Shown: piece after piece, positions 26,625-30,907 of the stretch
Position numbering within the stretch: position 1 is the first letter of the stretch
Layout of the letters: every line of letters starts with the position of its first letter
DNA from: Candidatus Micrarchaeia archaeon
GTDB taxonomy: Archaea; Micrarchaeota; Micrarchaeia; Burarchaeales; JACRGF01
Assembly: GCA_038870455.1 (NCBI GenBank)
Contig: JAWCPB010000010.1
Location: forward strand, 1 to 30,907
DNA: 30,907 nt
Reading direction: 5' to 3'
Translations under genes and position numbers: made by a program
The notes under the pieces: generated by a model
Databases searched by the model: none
What the model saw: only the letters and a program-made list of their open reading frames with translations
Told to the model about the DNA's origin: nothing

Positions 26625-26901
26625 GCCGCGCCCCCTTGAGTTTTTTTGCGCGCAACGCGCTCGCGCGGTGCTGCAGCTCGACGCTGTCGGCCTTGACGTG
26701 CTTCAGCATTCCTTCAATGGCAGCGACGGGGTCGGCTGGGATTTCGACCGCATGCTCTGCGGCAAGAACTTGCTTGCTCCACGCGGAAAATACGTCTTCG
26801 GCGGCCTTGCTCAAAGAGCCCTTGGAATACCCGTAGACAACCATCGCGGCCTTGCGGAACATCCGCGCAACCTCTTCGCTCAAATAAACCTTCAAGTACA
26901 T
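26611..26901 (-). CDS. vapB: Putative antitoxin with RHH-like N-terminus
   Basis: Small gene overlapping the vapC start by 14 bp. LKVYLSEEV..FR..A...KGSLSKAAE pattern. Confidence 0.7.
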   Translation of the reverse strand: MYLKVYLSEEVARMFRKAAMVVYGYSKGSLSKAAEDVFSAWSKQVLAAEHAVEIPADPVAAIEGMLKHVKADSVELQHRASALRAKKLKGARHALG

Positions 26902-27004
26902 GCTTGTATCTTAAGACCTTAGGGTATTAATACCTTTTGCTGTCCAGTCGCAGCTTTAAATACCAGAAAATGCACAATATAATGCTTGTTCTGAGAGTGG
27001 GAGT

Positions 27005-28069
27005 TTGAGCCAAACACAGGCTAGAGTAGACCCCAGAAGCATAGCATGCGCGAGACGCGCCTTGGAAACGATAGCGAAGAGAGGGTGCGACCCGAAGGAG
27101 TTCAACCGCATTCTTGAAAAAATCACGCTGGGACACAAGCTTGATGATAAGGAGGAAAAACTCCTCGAAGTCTTTTTGGGCGCTTATAGCGCCTGCAAGC
27201 TTGTGGGGCCCGAACCGCTCGCGGAGGCGCTCTTTCCGATAGACAGGGAAACCGAAACGGCCGTCATCGCGAAAATAACTAAACTCGAAGAGAGCAGGGA
27301 TCGGAAAGCCAATACAAATGAGGACAGACTTCAGAAAGAAAAAACCGCGCGCAGGCAACTCCTTTTGGGCACTCCGCTGGCCGCGATTTACGGGCAGCTC
27401 GGCAGAGGACTTTTCGAGAGAATAGTTGAAGCCGTTGCCGTCAAGACCGCAAACACGCTCGGCCAGGCAGGCGGGGCCGCTTCGAGAGTGCTGCACATGA
27501 TTGCGGCGAATGCTGCGAATGTGCTTCAATCTGCAGGAAATGCTGGCGGTAGGCTGACTGGGGATGCTATCGCGCTAGCGGGCGAAGCGGCCGGCAAGGG
27601 AGGGGTGCTGGCAGAAGCTGCGGCGAGATGGGGTTCTGCGGTGGTTTACAGCAGCACAACGAGCGTGCTTGACTCGGCTAGAGTCAAGCTTGGCATGAGA
27701 GACGTGCTGTACGTTGTTCCGCAGGCGGCCGAACATGAACAGTCACACGTCGAGCGCGCGCTCAAGAGCGGGAGAAAGAAGAACATCGACGCCGCCGTGA
27801 GAAGGACGCTCATTGAACTCAACACCAAGAGGGGAAGGGAGCTCGTAGAATCCGTTGAGTACAGGTACTTTGTTGAAAAGGCAGAGGAAGGGGGGAAGCA
27901 CGCCGAGGCGCTCGCGGATTCGCTGGCGAGAATCAGGCGGAACAAGGAGCTTTATGAGATTGCCACCACAGTCATCCAGGCAATGCGCTGCTATGGATGC
28001 AGGGAGACCAGGGAGCGCGCGTGGAAAGCGCTTCAGAGGGAAGACGTGGCTCTTGCACCTGCGGCTTAG
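27005..28069 (+). CDS. Hypothetical protein with central Gly/Ala-rich segment
   Basis: 354-aa ORF with TTG start after GGGAG. TTTAAATA at about 26955. Confidence 0.7.
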   Translation: MSQTQARVDPRSIACARRALETIAKRGCDPKEFNRILEKITLGHKLDDKEEKLLEVFLGAYSACKLVGPEPLAEALFPIDRETETAVIAKITKLEESRDRKANTNEDRLQKEKTARRQLLLGTPLAAIYGQLGRGLFERIVEAVAVKTANTLGQAGGAASRVLHMIAANAANVLQSAGNAGGRLTGDAIALAGEAAGKGGVLAEAAARWGSAVVYSSTTSVLDSARVKLGMRDVLYVVPQAAEHEQSHVERALKSGRKKNIDAAVRRTLIELNTKRGRELVESVEYRYFVEKAEEGGKHAEALADSLARIRRNKELYEIATTVIQAMRCYGCRETRERAWKALQREDVALAPAA

Positions 28070-28233
28070 AACTCGCTTTCTTCCTCGAGCGTCTCGAACC
28101 TCACGAACTGTTTTGTCACAATAACCACCTTGAGCTTGAGCCCGCAGTTCGGGCAGGTTATGACATCGCCCGGCTTGGGGTCGGCGAGCTCGAGCGGCTG
28201 TCCGCACTCAGGGCATCTTGCTTGGGGAGGCAT
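28066..28233 (-). CDS. LysW-like zinc-ribbon protein, 55 aa (not in the ORF track)
   Basis: Hand translation: MPPQARCPECGQPLELADPKPGDVITCPNCGLKLKVVIVTKQFVRFETLEEESEF. GGTGA SD is present, and the ATG is 3 nt after the GT4 stop. Confidence 0.85.
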   Translation of the reverse strand: MPPQARCPECGQPLELADPKPGDVITCPNCGLKLKVVIVTKQFVRFETLEEESEF

Positions 28234-28236
28234 GGC

Positions 28237-29403
28237 TCACCTTCGCCCCAGGGATTGATAAACCTTGTGCATTTTCTCGGCCACGATGTCCCAAGAGAAG
28301 AGCCGCTCTGCCCTTCTCTGCGCAGCCTTCGCAAATTTTCTGCGTAGGGCGGGCGCTGCCAGCAGGCGCGCCATCGCGGCGTAAAGGGCATTCGCATCCC
28401 GTGCCTGAACAAGCAGCCCGCACTCTTTTGAGACGATCTCCGGATTGCCGCCGACGCGGGTTGCCACGACGGGCTTGCCGCTCGCCAGCGCCTCGAGCAG
28501 CACGACGGCGCACGGCTCCCACACCGAAGGCAGCACAAAAAAGTCTGCCGCGGCGTACCATTCTGGCAGCTCATTTTCAGGAATGCCCGTGGTTATCACG
28601 AAATCCTTATCCACCCCTAGCCTCGCGGCCTGCGCGAGCAGCTCTTCCTTGAGCGGCCCTTTTCCGATGAGAACAAGTTTTGCATTCTGGAAATCGCGTT
28701 TGAGGAGCGCGAACGCGTCAATCAAGTACGAGAGGCCTTTTTGCCTCACGAGGCGCGCGTTGCACAGGATAAGTGGAGCATCAGGGGAAATTCCAAGCTT
28801 TCGCCTCACCCTGCCACCTTTCACGTGCGGGCTGAACCTACTCGTATCCACCCCGTTGTTTATCACAACGCATTTTCTCCACAGACGTGGAGGCACGGTG
28901 ACCCTCTTGGTGTATTCGCTGACACAGATTATCTTGTCTGCAAGCTCCATTATCCGCCGTCCATAGGCGAGGTCGAAAAGCAGCCCGAAAAAATCGGTCG
29001 GGAGGTCGATCCCCTCCGGCCTCGCGTTGTGCAGGGTGAGGAGCAGCGGCTTGCGCCTGAGCTTTATGGCGAGCAGCACGCTCGGCGGGTACCAGAAGCG
29101 GTTGTGGATGTGGAAGACGTCCGCATCCTGCCTGAGCACATCAATGCACTGAAAGGGCATGATGGAGAAGGGCGGGGGCAGAAAAGAAAGAGGGAATGGA
29201 AATTTGCTGATGTAGAGCGTGGGATTCACTCTCTTCACTCTTACCCCCTCGATCGCTTCACTCGTTTCCGTTCCCGGCAGGCGCGAAGTGAGCACCGTGA
29301 TGTCGTAGGATTTTCTGGCGAGCCGCTTGCTGGTTTCGAAAACGTGCTTTTCAGCCCCTCCTTGATAGGGAAGGAAAAGCGGGTCGAGCTGGCAGATTTT
29401 CAT
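28237..29403 (-). CDS. GT4 (GT-B fold) glycosyltransferase
   Basis: GGAEKH, NGVD, RLVRQKG, EPCAVVLLEA (E-x7-E), PVVATRVGG. Confidence 0.93.
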   Translation of the reverse strand: MKICQLDPLFLPYQGGAEKHVFETSKRLARKSYDITVLTSRLPGTETSEAIEGVRVKRVNPTLYISKFPFPLSFLPPPFSIMPFQCIDVLRQDADVFHIHNRFWYPPSVLLAIKLRRKPLLLTLHNARPEGIDLPTDFFGLLFDLAYGRRIMELADKIICVSEYTKRVTVPPRLWRKCVVINNGVDTSRFSPHVKGGRVRRKLGISPDAPLILCNARLVRQKGLSYLIDAFALLKRDFQNAKLVLIGKGPLKEELLAQAARLGVDKDFVITTGIPENELPEWYAAADFFVLPSVWEPCAVVLLEALASGKPVVATRVGGNPEIVSKECGLLVQARDANALYAAMARLLAAPALRRKFAKAAQRRAERLFSWDIVAEKMHKVYQSLGRR

Positions 29404-29404
29404 T

Positions 29405-30649
29405 TCACACACCGAATTTTTCGCCTATCTTGGGCGCGACCGCGTCCCAGCCTTTCTCCCTCAGCTCGGCGGCGAACTCGGGGCAGTGGTCACCGTGCAC
29501 GCAGAAGATTTTTTCTGGTGAAGCGGCTTCAATGAACTCGAGCAGGTCGGCCCTGCCCGCGTGCGCGCTGAGGTCAAAGTATTCCACCGGATTGCGGATT
29601 TCCTTGTCACTGCCATTCACTCTCACCATGCCCTTGTTCAGCAACAGCCAGCCGTTTGTGTTCTCCACGGAAAAACCGGTGAATATCACGCGCGAGCGCT
29701 CGCTGAGGCGCAGGAGGTAGCCGAGCGCGGGCCCGCCTTCAAGCATGCCAGCGGGCGAGATGACCACGCTGGGCTCTTCAACAAGCCTCCGCCTCATCTT
29801 CGGGTGTTCCACAAACTCGGCGTTCGAAAGCGCTTTCCTAAGCGTCCTGCAGTCCTTGACAAAAGAGGGATAGGCGAGGATGAGCTCGCTCGCCTCCTTC
29901 GCCATGCCATCAATGTATACGGGCAGGGATGGGTCGCACTCGAAAAGAAGCTGGCACACTTCCTGGCTTCTTCCCACGGCAAAGCAGGGCAACAGCGCGG
30001 TGCCCCCATCCTCAAGCGTATCCCGTATCTCGGCGCACAGCTTGGCCTCGATGTTTTTCCTCTCAGGATGGTCCCTGTCCGAGTAAGTGCTTTCGATGAC
30101 GAGAATATCAACGTCGCGCACCGGCTTGGCTCCCTTGTGAAGGTGCGTCTCCCCAAGCTTGAAGTCGCCCGTATAAACAACCCGCTTGCCGTCCGCCTCC
30201 ACCTCAACAATGGCCGCGCCGGGAATGTGGCCCGCGTCGTGGAAAGTGACCGTGGTGTTCTGCGAGACCGCATGAGGCTTCTCGTAGTTCATGAGAACGA
30301 AAGATTCCATGGCGCGCCTGAAGGCCTTTTGTGAAAAGGGCACGCGAAAGCCCCGCAGCTCCTGCACTTTGATGGAGTCCTTTATCAAAAGGCCGGCCAG
30401 GGCCTCGGTCGGGGCCGTGGCGAGCACGGGCGGGGCCTGGTGCTCGAATATCATGGGCAGGAAACCAGAGTGGTCGAGGTGGGCGTGAGTGGGGATGACT
30501 GCATTCAGTTTTGCGGTGAACAGCAGCGGGTATTCGGTCGCGCCATGGACTTTTATTCCGTAATCAAGCAGAAGGCGCGCGTCGCTTGTTTCGAAGAGCA
30601 TCGCGCTCCTGCCGACTTCGCCTGCGCCGCCGAGGAAAGCGAATTTCAC
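29405..30649 (-). CDS. MBL-fold beta-CASP ribonuclease (aCPSF2-like, no KH domains)
   Basis: LGGAGEVGRS, THAHLDH, AGHIPG, YTGD, ESTY, AVGRSQE, SAHAG, VHGD. Confidence 0.92.
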   Translation of the reverse strand: MKFAFLGGAGEVGRSAMLFETSDARLLLDYGIKVHGATEYPLLFTAKLNAVIPTHAHLDHSGFLPMIFEHQAPPVLATAPTEALAGLLIKDSIKVQELRGFRVPFSQKAFRRAMESFVLMNYEKPHAVSQNTTVTFHDAGHIPGAAIVEVEADGKRVVYTGDFKLGETHLHKGAKPVRDVDILVIESTYSDRDHPERKNIEAKLCAEIRDTLEDGGTALLPCFAVGRSQEVCQLLFECDPSLPVYIDGMAKEASELILAYPSFVKDCRTLRKALSNAEFVEHPKMRRRLVEEPSVVISPAGMLEGGPALGYLLRLSERSRVIFTGFSVENTNGWLLLNKGMVRVNGSDKEIRNPVEYFDLSAHAGRADLLEFIEAASPEKIFCVHGDHCPEFAAELREKGWDAVAPKIGEKFGV

Positions 30650-30721
30650 GCAGTGAATTGAGCCGCGAAAGACTTAAAGGTTTATTAACCATCACCGACC
30701 AGAAACAATGGAGTTTGGGGT

Positions 30722-30907
30722 ATGGCTGGACCTGCGAACAAACCAAGCCAGAACGGGGAGGTTGCCGGAAAAAAAGACTGCCAGCAGGCAATAACCGAGC
30801 GCGGCGCATTTGCTCAAAGGCCTTTTGACGAAAAGGCCGCAGAGGCTGATTTGAGCGCCATCATCAAGAGGCTGGACAGCGGCGACTGGGAGGAGAGAGA
30901 CGCCGCG
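30722..30907 (+). CDS. HEAT-repeat-like protein, 3'-truncated by the window edge
   Basis: MAGPANKPSQ...LSAIIKRLDSGDWEERDAA is open to the window end. TTTATTAA at 30681-30688. Confidence 0.6.
   Translation, partial: MAGPANKPSQNGEVAGKKDCQQAITERGAFAQRPFDEKAAEADLSAIIKRLDSGDWEERDAA

Noticed and set aside
28066..28233. Calling the gene lysW outright
   Set aside because: It lacks the EDWGE terminus, and no lysX/argX cluster is in the window.

Overview
A gene-dense, GC-rich archaeal chromosomal segment. Evidence for archaeal origin: TATA/BRE promoters, GGTGA Shine-Dalgarno sites, archaeal-type pantoate kinase, phosphopantothenate synthetase, pentameric-type riboflavin synthase, Hsp20, DUF530 and a beta-CASP nuclease. 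The compactness, many helical orphans and a Cys-rich surface protein suggest a DPANN lineage such as Micrarchaeota (inference). Contents: DUF530 plus an HTH gene, tRNA-Asn(GTT), a frameshift-split surface protein (beta-propeller, Cys-rich repeats, membrane anchor), PRTase, CBS, HNH, GNAT, DUF736-like, DUF488, HD hydrolase, Hsp20, PoK and PPS (CoA pathway), a five-gene riboflavin operon, YggS, an HPS-RraA fusion, leuD/leuC-family genes, a VapBC pair, and a beta-CASP/GT4/LysW-like operon. Most notable: (1) the riboflavin operon joins archaeal-type ribB/ribC/ribH to bacterial-type ribA/ribD; (2) an unlisted 55-aa LysW-like zinc ribbon ends in EEESEF instead of EDWGE; (3) the split surface protein; (4) two in-frame ORFs separated by one TAA; (5) single AT boxes apparently shared by divergent gene pairs. 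No CRISPR array, integrase, transposase or rRNA was seen. All family assignments come from motif recognition by eye, with no database search.
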